From: Vicinamibacteria bacterium
Lineage (GTDB): Bacteria; Acidobacteriota; Vicinamibacteria; Fen-336
Assembly (NCBI GenBank): GCA_050246895.1
Contig: JBFWVE010000006.1
Span: forward strand, 251,770 to 315,769
Length of the DNA: 64,000 nt
Reading direction: 5' to 3'
Shown one piece after another: positions 33,057 to 41,942 of the stretch. The position numbers and the translations under genes were made by a program. Numbering within the stretch: position 1 is the stretch's first letter; every line of letters begins with the position of its first letter. Below the pieces are notes generated by a model, which searched no databases, was not told the DNA's origin, and saw nothing but the letters and a program-made list of their open reading frames with translations.

Positions 33057-34871
33057 GTGACCGTGCTGCCGGCGCAGCCCTACCGAGCCGCTTTTCTCGG
33101 CGTGGCGCTGGCGCTGGCGTTCGTGATGTATCCCGCGCGCCCGGGGCGGCTCGAGGCGCCGTCCGCGCTCGACTGGTCGCTCGCCGCCGCGTCGGCAGCC
33201 GTCGCAGCCTGGCCGATCCTCGATCGGGCCCGCTTCGCCTATCGCGCGGCGACGCCCGGCGCCACGGATCTCGCGCTCGGCGCGCTGGCCGTGGCGCTCG
33301 TGCTGGAGGCCACGCGCCGCTCCGTCGGCTGGGCGCTGCCGCTGACCGCCCTCGGCTTCCTGGGTTACGCCTGGCTGGGCCCCTACCTCGACCGCGTGGG
33401 CCTCGGCCTGGTGGCGCACCGCGGCTACGGCCTCGACCGCATCGTGGGCACGCTGTACCTGAGCCTGGACGGCCTGTTCGGCGTGCCGCTCGACGTGGCC
33501 GCGACTTACATCGTGCTGTTCGCGGTCTACGGCGCTGTGCTCGAGCGCTCGGGCGCCGGACATTTCTTCATCGACTGGTCGCTCGCCGCGCTCGGCCGCT
33601 CGGGCAGCCCCGCGGCGCCCGGCCGTACGGCGACGCTCGCCGGGTTCCTGCTCGGCAGCGTCTCGGGCAGCGGGGTCGCGACGACCGTCACGCTGGGGTC
33701 CGTGGCCTGGCCGCTGCTGCGACGCGCGGGCTATTCCGCCGAAGCGGGCGGCGCCGTGCTGGCGGCTGCCGGCATCGGCGCGATCCTCTCGCCCCCGACG
33801 CTCGGCGCCGCGGCGTTCCTGATCGCCGAGTTCCTGCGCATCTCGTACCTGCAGGTGCTGGTGATGGCCGCGGCGCCGACGCTGCTCTATTACCTCTCCG
33901 TCTTCCTGATGATCGAGGCCGACGCGCGACGGCTGGTGGCGCCCGGCGGCCCGCCGCCGGCCGTGGCGCCGCTCGGGCGGCTGACCTGGCAGCGGGGGCA
34001 CCACTTCCTCTCGCTGCTGGCGATCGTCGCGCTGATGGCCGCAGGCTTCAGCGCGTTCCGCGCCGTGGTGCTGGCGACGCTGGTCGAGCTCGCGAGCGCG
34101 GCCCTGCGCGGCAGCGGCGCCCTGCGGCCGCGAGCGCTGGTGGAGGCGCTCGCCTCGGCGGGCCGCGGTGTCGTGGCGGTCGCCGTCACCACGGCCACGG
34201 CGGGAATCGTGGTCGGCGTGACGGCGCTCACCGGCCTCGGCCTCAAGGCCGCGGGCCTGCTGGTGTCGCTGGCCGGAGGCAGCCTGACGCTGGGCGTGCT
34301 GTTCTCGGCCGTGGCGGTGCTGGCGCTCGGGCTCGCCGTGCCGGTCACCGCGTCCTACGTGATCGCGGCGGTGATGATCGCGCCGGCGCTCGAGCAGGTG
34401 GGCGTGTCGCGCCTCGCCGCCCACATGTTCATCTTCTACTACGCGGTGCTATCCGAGGTCAGCCCGCCGACGGCGCTGGCGCCCGTCGCCGCCGCGGCGC
34501 TCACCGGCGGCCGGCCGGTCGCCACCATGCTGCTCACCTGGAAGTACACGCTGCCGGCGTTCCTGGTGCCGCTCGCCTTCACGCTCAGCCCCGCCGGCGC
34601 CGGCCTGCTGCTGCAGGGGACGTGGGGAGGCGCGCTGCTCGCGCTCGGCACCGCCGCGCTCGGGATCGCCGCCCTCGCCCACGGCCTCGGCGGCGGGCTC
34701 TGGCGGCCGGCGACGCGCGCCGAGCGCGTGCTGGCCGGGCTCGGCGGGCTGCTGCTGGTCGCGGGCGACCCGCGGGCGGATGCCGCGGGTGTGGGGTTGC
34801 TCTGCGCAGCTTTCGCCCTGGGCCGAGCGGGTGGTGCGCATGGCCCCTTGACAGAATCGACGCATGTCTGA
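33057..34871 (+). CDS. TRAP transporter fused permease (TAXI-associated)
   Basis: It is a 604-aa polytopic membrane protein lying immediately downstream of the TAXI solute-binding protein. Confidence 0.85.
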   Translation: MTVLPAQPYRAAFLGVALALAFVMYPARPGRLEAPSALDWSLAAASAAVAAWPILDRARFAYRAATPGATDLALGALAVALVLEATRRSVGWALPLTALGFLGYAWLGPYLDRVGLGLVAHRGYGLDRIVGTLYLSLDGLFGVPLDVAATYIVLFAVYGAVLERSGAGHFFIDWSLAALGRSGSPAAPGRTATLAGFLLGSVSGSGVATTVTLGSVAWPLLRRAGYSAEAGGAVLAAAGIGAILSPPTLGAAAFLIAEFLRISYLQVLVMAAAPTLLYYLSVFLMIEADARRLVAPGGPPPAVAPLGRLTWQRGHHFLSLLAIVALMAAGFSAFRAVVLATLVELASAALRGSGALRPRALVEALASAGRGVVAVAVTTATAGIVVGVTALTGLGLKAAGLLVSLAGGSLTLGVLFSAVAVLALGLAVPVTASYVIAAVMIAPALEQVGVSRLAAHMFIFYYAVLSEVSPPTALAPVAAAALTGGRPVATMLLTWKYTLPAFLVPLAFTLSPAGAGLLLQGTWGGALLALGTAALGIAALAHGLGGGLWRPATRAERVLAGLGGLLLVAGDPRADAAGVGLLCAAFALGRAGGAHGPLTESTHV

Positions 34872-34906
34872 GCCAATGATGGGAGCGCCGTCAGGAGGCC
34901 CGAGCT

Positions 34907-35215
34907 TTGACCAGCCTGTTCAAGCAGACGAAGACGCCTCGGCTCGAGGTCGTCATCCAGATCACCGAGATCGCGGCGGACCGCGAGAAAGTCCGGACCT
35001 TCGAGGTCCACGACGTCGAGCGGAACCGCGGCTTCCGCATCACGCTGCCCGCGGCGCTTGCGGCCGGCGCGTCGGAAGCCGACGTCGAGAGAGCGATCGG
35101 GGTCGCCATCGAGCGCGCGCTGCAGACGCCTCCTGAGAAGCTGCCCGGCCAGGTCTACCCGGTCGACCTGACGCGCGACGACCTGCGCGCGGGAGCCCAG
35201 GTCGCCACCAGCTGA
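34907..35215 (+). CDS. Small hypothetical protein (102 aa)
   Basis: AGGAGG lies 8 nt before the TTG start. The protein reads LTSLFKQTKTPRLEVVIQITEIAADREKVRTFEVHDVERNRGFRITLPAALAAGASEADVERAIGVAIERAL.... It is followed by the hairpin GAGGCCtccccGGCCTC. Confidence 0.45.
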   Translation: MTSLFKQTKTPRLEVVIQITEIAADREKVRTFEVHDVERNRGFRITLPAALAAGASEADVERAIGVAIERALQTPPEKLPGQVYPVDLTRDDLRAGAQVATS

Positions 35216-35383
35216 GGCCTCCCCGGCCTCGACGCTGACCCGGTTCAGACAGGGCCCGTCCCACCGCCGGACACCGCAGCGTCCTCCGGGCTCGCCGGGA
35301 GGGCGCAACTCCTTCTGCCCTCGGCGCGTTCCAGCAGGGAGCCGCCTGGTGCGCCCATTGCAGCGCCGGCGGCAGGAGGCGCC

Positions 35384-37783
35384 ATGACCGTCCTGCAGGA
35401 CCTGCGTTTCGCCGCCCGGATGCTCGTCAAGCGGCCTGGGTTCGCCTTCACCGGCATCCTCACGCTGGCGCTCGGCATCGGCGCCAACACGGCGGTCTTC
35501 AGCGTGGTGGACGGCGTGCTGCTGCGCCCGCTGCCGGTGCAATCGCCCGAACGGCTGGTGATCGTCTGGGAGCACAACCTCCCGCGCTCACGCACACACA
35601 ACGTGGTGAACCCGGCCAACTTCCTGGCGTGGAAGGAGCGCGCGCGCTCCTTCGAGTCTTTTACCGCCTTCACGCAGTGGGGCATGAACCTGGCGGGCGA
35701 GGGCGAGCCCGAGCGGATCCAGGCCGGCATCGTGATGTCCGACTTCTTCGCGACGCTCGGCGTCTCGCCCAGCCTCGGACGCGGTTTCACGGACGGCGAC
35801 GGCGTTCCCGGCGCGGCCGACGTGGTCGTGATCGCCGATGGGCTCTGGAAGCGCCGCTTCGGCGCCGATCCGTCGGTGATCGGCAAGACGCTGCAGCTCA
35901 ACGGTCGGACGCAGACGGTGGTCGGGGTGATGTCCGCCTCCTTCTCGATCCCGCCCGGCGTCGAGCTGTGGGTGCCGCAGACGGTCAGCGAGAATCTGCG
36001 CAACGCGCGCGGACGCTACATGATGTCGATCGCGCGCATGGCGCCCGGCGTCTCCTTGGGCGAGGCCCGCGCCGAGATGCTGAGCATCGCGGCGCAGCTG
36101 GAGAAAGAGTTCCCCGAGCGCGATGCCGGCTGGAGCGTGACCGTCGCGCCGCTGCACGAGGACCTGGTGCGCGAGGCGCGGCCGGCCACCCTGCTGCTCT
36201 TCGGCGCGGTGGCGCTGGTGCTGCTGATCGCCTGCGGCAACCTGGCCAACCTGCTGCTGGCCCGCGCGCTCTCACGCGAGCGCGAGGTGGCGGTGCGGCG
36301 CGCCCTCGGCGCCAGCCAGGGCCGGCTACTCGTCCAGTTCCTGACCGAGGGCCTGCTGCTGGCGGCCGCCGGCGGGGCTCTCGGCGTCGCGCTCGCGGGC
36401 CCGCTGCTGCAAGCGCTGATGGGCGTGGTGCCGGCCCAGGTTCAGGCCCTCTTCGACGTGACGCTGAACCAGAAGGTGCTCGCCTTCACGGCGCTGCTGA
36501 GCCTCGCGAGCGCGCTGATCTTCGGACTGGCGCCCGCCTGGAGCCTGGCGCGCGGATCGCTCGCTGCCTCGCTGCGCGAGGGCTCGGCGGGCTCGGGCGC
36601 CAGCCGCCAGAGCCGGCGGCTGTCACGGCTGCTGGTGGGGGCGGAGATCGCCGTCTCGGTGGTGCTGCTGGTGGGAGCGGGCCTGCTGTTGCGCAGCTTC
36701 GAGCGCCTGCAAGGGGTCGATCCCGGCTTCGACGCGCGCGCCCTCACCTTCGAGGTCTCGCTGTCGGGTCCCGCCTATGCCCAGGGGGCGGCGCAGAGCC
36801 GGTTCTTCGCCGAGGCCGTCTCGCGCCTGGCAGCGATCCCGGGCGTCGAGGCCGCCGGCGCCATCTCCTGGCGCCCGATCGGAAACGGCTCCGCGACCAG
36901 CTTCACGCTGGGCGACCGGCCGCAGCCGGCCGCCGGCCAGGAGCCGGTGGCCGACGTGCGCATGGTGACACCGGGCACGTTCCGCGCGCTCGGCATGCCG
37001 CTGCTGCGGGGACGGGACTTCGAGCCGCGCGATACGCCCGAGCAGCCGACCGTCGTGGTGGTGAACGAGGCCACCGTGCGCGAGTTCTGGCCGGGGCAGG
37101 ATCCGATCGGCAAGCGCATCAGTATGGACTGGGGCCGCGAGCTCGACGCCGAGGTCGTCGGCGTCGTCGGCGACGTGCGCTTGAGCGGCCTCGACACCGA
37201 GCCGCGCCCCACGCTCTACTGGGCCCAGACGCAGCTGCCGAACAACTTCATGAGCTTCGTGCTGCGCGGCTCGGGCTCGGGGCAGGCGCTGCTGCCGTCG
37301 GCCCGAGCGCAGCTCGCGTCGCTCGACGCGTCGATCCCGCTCGCGCGCGTGGGGACGCTCGATGAGGCGGTGCAGGACTCGTTGCGCCAGCCGCGCTTCA
37401 CGCTCGCGCTGCTCGCGGCCTTCGCGGGCGCGGCGGCGCTGCTGGCGGCGATCGGCCTGTTCGGCGTGCTGTCCTTCGCGGTCGGGCAGCGGGTGCCCGA
37501 GATCGGCGTGCGGCTCGCGCTGGGGGCGCGGCCGGCGGACGTGCTGCGGCTGGTGCTGCGCGACGGCGTGCGGCTGGCGATCGCGGGCACGGCGGCCGGG
37601 CTGCTCGGGGCGCTCGCGCTCGCGCGCGTGCTGGCGGGCCTGCTCTTCGAGGTGAGCCCGTACGACCCGGCCGCCTTCGCCGGCGTGCTGGCGCTCGTCG
37701 CGACGGTCAGCCTGTGCGCGGCGCTGCTGCCCGCCCTGCGCGCGAGCCGCGTCGATCCGGTTCAGGCCCTGCGCGCGGAGTAG
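35384..37783 (+). CDS. ADOP-type ABC transporter permease (FtsX/MacB-like, duplicated permease)
   Basis: MTVLQDLRFAARMLVKRPGFAFTGILTLALGIGANTAVFSVVDGVLLRPLP...IVWEHNLPRS is the TIGR03434-type N-terminus. The protein is 799 aa with two FtsX-like halves. Confidence 0.85.
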   Translation: MTVLQDLRFAARMLVKRPGFAFTGILTLALGIGANTAVFSVVDGVLLRPLPVQSPERLVIVWEHNLPRSRTHNVVNPANFLAWKERARSFESFTAFTQWGMNLAGEGEPERIQAGIVMSDFFATLGVSPSLGRGFTDGDGVPGAADVVVIADGLWKRRFGADPSVIGKTLQLNGRTQTVVGVMSASFSIPPGVELWVPQTVSENLRNARGRYMMSIARMAPGVSLGEARAEMLSIAAQLEKEFPERDAGWSVTVAPLHEDLVREARPATLLLFGAVALVLLIACGNLANLLLARALSREREVAVRRALGASQGRLLVQFLTEGLLLAAAGGALGVALAGPLLQALMGVVPAQVQALFDVTLNQKVLAFTALLSLASALIFGLAPAWSLARGSLAASLREGSAGSGASRQSRRLSRLLVGAEIAVSVVLLVGAGLLLRSFERLQGVDPGFDARALTFEVSLSGPAYAQGAAQSRFFAEAVSRLAAIPGVEAAGAISWRPIGNGSATSFTLGDRPQPAAGQEPVADVRMVTPGTFRALGMPLLRGRDFEPRDTPEQPTVVVVNEATVREFWPGQDPIGKRISMDWGRELDAEVVGVVGDVRLSGLDTEPRPTLYWAQTQLPNNFMSFVLRGSGSGQALLPSARAQLASLDASIPLARVGTLDEAVQDSLRQPRFTLALLAAFAGAAALLAAIGLFGVLSFAVGQRVPEIGVRLALGARPADVLRLVLRDGVRLAIAGTAAGLLGALALARVLAGLLFEVSPYDPAAFAGVLALVATVSLCAALLPALRASRVDPVQALRAE

Positions 37784-37837
37784 CCGAGGCCCGACGACAT
37801 CCGCCGCACGCGAGCGTAGAGTCTCTTCAGCATCGCT

Positions 37838-37857
37838 GGGGCCTTTCCCAAAGGCCC
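37838..37857. terminator. Perfect 8-bp-stem hairpin downstream of the ADOP permease (candidate terminator, weak U-tract); coordinates approximate
   Basis: GGGCCTTTcccAAAGGCCC. Confidence 0.35.
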
Positions 37858-37891
37858 GAATGAGCGCACCTCTCCCGATGGAGGCCCTGCC

Positions 37892-40807
37892 ATGAAGAAG
37901 CGCCTGCTGCTCTCGCTGGCGGCCGCGGCGTGCCTCGCGCACGCGAGCGCCGTGCTCGCCCAGACCTCGACCGGGGCCGACGTCTTCGGTCTCGTGCGCG
38001 ACGACACCGGCGCCGCCTTGCCCGGCGTCAGCGTCACGCTCACGAACGATGCGACCGGCGTCGCCCATGAAACCCGCACCGCAGTCGACGGAGCCTATCG
38101 CGTGTCCGGCCTGCCGCCCGGCGAGTACACGCTGCACGCCACCCTCGCGGGCTTCTCACGCCTCGAGCGCAAGGGGCTGCTGCTTCAGGTCGGCCAGCTC
38201 GCGACGCTCGACCTGGCGCTGAGGGTCGGCGGAGTGAGCGAGACGGTCACCGTCACGCAGGCGGCGCCCGTGGTGGAGACGAGCCGCACCCAGCTCGGCG
38301 TCGTCGTCAACCGCGGGGACATCGAGAGCCTGCCCATCAACGGCCGCAACTTCCTCGACTTCGCCGTCACCGTGCCCGGCGTCACCGGCTCCCAGAACAG
38401 CGGCCAGGGCAGCGGCATCAGCGTCAACGGCGGCCGCCAGCGCAGCAACAACGTCTCGGTCGACGGCGCGGACAGCAACGGCCAGCTGAACGGCAACACG
38501 CGCCTCACCGTGAGCCAGGAGGCGGTGCAGGAGTTCCAGGTCGTCACCAACCAGTTCGCGGCCGAGTTCGGGCGCGCGGGCGGCGGGCTGGTCAACGTCG
38601 TCTCGAAGTCCGGCACCAACAGCTTCTCCGGCAACGCCTTCTACCTGATGCGCGACGAGTCGCTCGACGGCCGCAACGCCTTCGCCCCCGCGGACGAGCC
38701 GAAGCCGCAGTTCGACCGCAGGAACTGGGGCGGCACGCTCGGCGGCCCGCTGGTGAAGGGCAGGACCTTCTTCTTCGCCGCCTTCGAGCAGATCACCCGC
38801 GACGAGAGCGACGTCGTCACGATCTCGGACCCGAACCTGGCGGGGGTCAACGCGATCCTGGCGGCCCGTCCGATCCCGAACGCGGGCGTGACGAGCATCG
38901 CCAACGGCAGCTTCCCGGTGGAGAACGACACGACGCTCGTGTCGTTGAAGCTCGACCACTCGCTCGACTCCCGCAACAACCTGAGCCTGCGTTACAGCTT
39001 CGGCAAGCGCGACGAGGGCAACTCGGGCGGCGTCGGCATCGGCGGCCTGACCGACGTCTCGGGCGGCGGCGGCGCGCGCACGCGCGACCACGCGCTGGTG
39101 CTGGCCTGGACCAGCACGCTGAAGCCGAGCCTGCTGTCCGAGACCCGCCTGCAGTTCGCGCCGCGCGAGCTGACGCAGTACAGCAACGACCTGATCGGTC
39201 CGCGCGTGTCGATCTCGGGCGTCGCCACCTTCGGGCGCAACGTCAACTTCCCCGTCCTGCTCGACGAGACGCGCTGGCAGCTCCTGCAGACCTTCTCGTG
39301 GCAGAAGGGGCGCCATTTCCTGAAGGCGGGCGGCGACTTCACCCACGTGAACGCGCTCACGTCGTTCCCGATCTCGTTCGCGGGCAGCTTCTCGTTCGGC
39401 AGCCTCGCGACTTTCGGCCAGGGCCGGCCGACCAGCTTCACCCAGGGCTTCGGCAACCCCGAGATCCGGCTGAAGGACACGCTGCTGACGGCCTTCGTGC
39501 AGGACAGCTTCCGCGTCGACGAACGCCTGACGCTCGCCTATGGCCTGCGCTACGACTACGACATGCAGCCGCAGGACATCCCGCGCGACCGCTCGAACCC
39601 GATCGAGGCGCCGCTGCAGGACGGGATCCACCGCGACGGCAACAACATCCAGCCGCGCGTCTCGCTCGCCTTCGACCCGAAGGGGAACGGCCGCAGCGTG
39701 CTGCGGGCGGGCTACGGCGCCTTCTACGACAAGATCTTCCTGCTGGTCGCGCGCAACGCGCTGCTCGCGCGGCAGTCGATCTCGCTCTCGGGCACGGCCG
39801 CGGCGGACCAGTTCGCGAAGGGGGCGTTCCCGGAGAGCGACCAGCTCCCGCCGGGCTTCGGCCTGGTGCGCCCCAACATCAACCTGGCTGGCGAGGACAT
39901 CGAGATCCCGAAGAACCACCAGTTCAGCGTGGGCCTCGAGCGCCAGCTCGGCGCCGACTGGTCCGTGGCCGCCAACTACGTGCTCGTGCTCGGGCGGCAG
40001 CTGCTGGTGTCGGACAACACGAACCTGGCGCCGCCGACGGTGCTGACGGCCGAGAACGCCGCCTCGCTCGGCGTCGCTCGCCCGAACCCGCAGCAGCTCG
40101 GCCGCTCGTACTACGGCTCGACGGCGCGGCTGGACCCCGCGTTCAACAACATCCAGGTCGTCTCCTCGGGCGGGCGCTCACACTACGACGGGCTGCAGCT
40201 CTCCGTGCAGAAGCGGATGAGCCGCGGCCTCCAGCTGCGCGCGAGCTACACGCTGTCGACCGCCAAGGACGACGCCTCCGACTTCGTGCAGGCCCAGCAG
40301 CCGGACGATCCGTACGACCGGGACGCCGAGTACTCGCTGTCCGAGGAGCACCAGCGCCATCGCTTCACGCTGACGGCGGTGTGGCGCGTGCCGGAGCCGG
40401 GCGGGGAAGGCTCCGCGCTGCGCGCCGTGCTGGGGAACTGGGTGGTCTCGAGCCTCGTCAGGTACCGCTCGGGCACGCCGCAGAACGTGACGGTGGGCTC
40501 GGACGTCAACGGCGACGGCAACAGCTCGACCGACCGGCCCTTCGTGGACGGCTCGATCATCGAGCGCAACGGCCTGATCGGGCCCGACTACCTGACCGTG
40601 GACCTGCGGCTGGCGAAGAGCATCGGGCTCGGCGGGCGACGCTCGCTGCAACTGCTGTGCGAGGCCTTCAACCTGCTGAACCGCACCAACTACGCGGGCG
40701 TCAACACGACCTGGGGCACGGAGCTCGCCCCGCGCTCGACCTACGGCGAGTTCACCTCGGCGAACGACCCGCGCCAGCTGCAGCTCGGCGCGAAGCTGAC
40801 GTTCTAG
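37892..40807 (+). CDS. TonB-dependent receptor-like outer membrane protein with an N-terminal CarboxypepD_reg domain (Oar-like)
   Basis: It has a signal peptide (MKKRLLLSLAAAACLAHASAVLA), GVSVTLTNDATGVAHETRTAVDGAYRVSGLPPGEYTL (CarboxypepD_reg), a plug region and a C-terminal ...LGAKLTF aromatic terminus. A GGAGG RBS precedes the start. Confidence 0.85.
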   Translation: MKKRLLLSLAAAACLAHASAVLAQTSTGADVFGLVRDDTGAALPGVSVTLTNDATGVAHETRTAVDGAYRVSGLPPGEYTLHATLAGFSRLERKGLLLQVGQLATLDLALRVGGVSETVTVTQAAPVVETSRTQLGVVVNRGDIESLPINGRNFLDFAVTVPGVTGSQNSGQGSGISVNGGRQRSNNVSVDGADSNGQLNGNTRLTVSQEAVQEFQVVTNQFAAEFGRAGGGLVNVVSKSGTNSFSGNAFYLMRDESLDGRNAFAPADEPKPQFDRRNWGGTLGGPLVKGRTFFFAAFEQITRDESDVVTISDPNLAGVNAILAARPIPNAGVTSIANGSFPVENDTTLVSLKLDHSLDSRNNLSLRYSFGKRDEGNSGGVGIGGLTDVSGGGGARTRDHALVLAWTSTLKPSLLSETRLQFAPRELTQYSNDLIGPRVSISGVATFGRNVNFPVLLDETRWQLLQTFSWQKGRHFLKAGGDFTHVNALTSFPISFAGSFSFGSLATFGQGRPTSFTQGFGNPEIRLKDTLLTAFVQDSFRVDERLTLAYGLRYDYDMQPQDIPRDRSNPIEAPLQDGIHRDGNNIQPRVSLAFDPKGNGRSVLRAGYGAFYDKIFLLVARNALLARQSISLSGTAAADQFAKGAFPESDQLPPGFGLVRPNINLAGEDIEIPKNHQFSVGLERQLGADWSVAANYVLVLGRQLLVSDNTNLAPPTVLTAENAASLGVARPNPQQLGRSYYGSTARLDPAFNNIQVVSSGGRSHYDGLQLSVQKRMSRGLQLRASYTLSTAKDDASDFVQAQQPDDPYDRDAEYSLSEEHQRHRFTLTAVWRVPEPGGEGSALRAVLGNWVVSSLVRYRSGTPQNVTVGSDVNGDGNSSTDRPFVDGSIIERNGLIGPDYLTVDLRLAKSIGLGGRRSLQLLCEAFNLLNRTNYAGVNTTWGTELAPRSTYGEFTSANDPRQLQLGAKLTF

Positions 40808-41367
40808 TCCCGGGCGCGGAGCGAGATCTCCTCGACCACCACGCTGGCGCCCACGCCGCGCGGGCGGTAGCGCACGCTGATCGTGTTGCCGGCGAGGTCG
40901 CGGCTGTAGGAGCCGTCCGTCTGGTAGCGATCGCGCACGTCGAGCGCGAATCCCTCCTCGAGGGACTGGCCCTTCTGGGCCGCCTGCTCCAGCTCCGGCA
41001 CGCGCTCGGAGGCGATCACCAGGTACATGCGCTCGACACCCGGCTCCTCGGAGAGCCGCACGAAGGTGCTCTTGGGCAGCTTCGCCCACTGGTTGGCCGG
41101 CTGCGCTTCGACCGGGCGCGCGCCCGCCTCGGGGAACGTCAGGCGGTAGTCGCCCTTCGGGCCGCGCATGATCACGTAGCAGTAGCTCGACTGCTCGAGC
41201 TTGACCTTCAGCCGCAGCGCGTCGGCCGTGTCGAAGCCCTTCAGGAAGCTGGCGGAGCTGACTGCGCCGCCCCGCTCGCGCTCGATCGTGTACTCGAAGG
41301 AGAGGTTGGCGGCTCGGGCCGGGGCGCTCGCGGCCAGCAGCATCAGCATGCCGATCAATCGGCGCAT
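40804..41367 (-). CDS. Secreted hypothetical protein (signal peptide)
   Basis: From Met37 of the track ORF: MRRLIGMLMLLAASAPARAANLSFEYTIERE.... Its stop overlaps the TonB-receptor stop on the opposite strand. Confidence 0.5.
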   Translation of the reverse strand: MRRLIGMLMLLAASAPARAANLSFEYTIERERGGAVSSASFLKGFDTADALRLKVKLEQSSYCYVIMRGPKGDYRLTFPEAGARPVEAQPANQWAKLPKSTFVRLSEEPGVERMYLVIASERVPELEQAAQKGQSLEEGFALDVRDRYQTDGSYSRDLAGNTISVRYRPRGVGASVVVEEISLRARD

Positions 41368-41597
41368 TTTCGGGAACCCCCTGACGGACGAAGGCCGCGC
41401 TCGCGGCCGCTTCTCGATGGCGCCGCGCACCCTCGGGCGGGCCCCGCCCACCGAGGTCGCCGGCCAGTGGCGCACAGCCTAAGCCGTTCGAGGCCGGTTT
41501 GGGCGTGAGGCCGGTCACAGGGCGGAGCGGGCGAGAGCCGCGCCACGCCGTGAGGGCGTTGCAGTCCGCGCCGGGCTCATATATCGTGTGGCCACAT

Positions 41598-41942
41598 ATG
41601 TCCACGAGCATGCTCGAGCGGGAGCTCAAGCGCGGCAGCGCGGAGCTGCTGATCCTGGCGCTGGTCGAGGAACGCCCGCGCCACGGCTACGAGATCGGCC
41701 AGCAGATCGACAGCCGTTCGAACGGCACCATCCGCTTCCACGTCGCCTCGCTCTACCCGACGCTGTACCGCCTCGAGGACCGCGGTCTGCTCGAGGGTCG
41801 CTGGGTCGAGCGCCCCGGCACGCGGCGCCGGCGCTACTACCGGCTGACCGCCGAGGGGCGCCGCGTGCTCGCGCGCCAGCGCGGCGTCTGGGAGAGCTTC
41901 TTCGCGGCGCTCGACCGCGTCGCGCGGGTGCGGCCGGCGTGA
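41598..41942 (+). CDS. PadR-family transcriptional regulator
   Basis: MSTSMLERELKRGSAELLILALVEERPRHGYEIGQQIDSRSNGTIRFHVASLYPTLYRLEDRGLLEGRWVE... is the PadR winged helix. Confidence 0.85.
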   Translation: MSTSMLERELKRGSAELLILALVEERPRHGYEIGQQIDSRSNGTIRFHVASLYPTLYRLEDRGLLEGRWVERPGTRRRRYYRLTAEGRRVLARQRGVWESFFAALDRVARVRPA

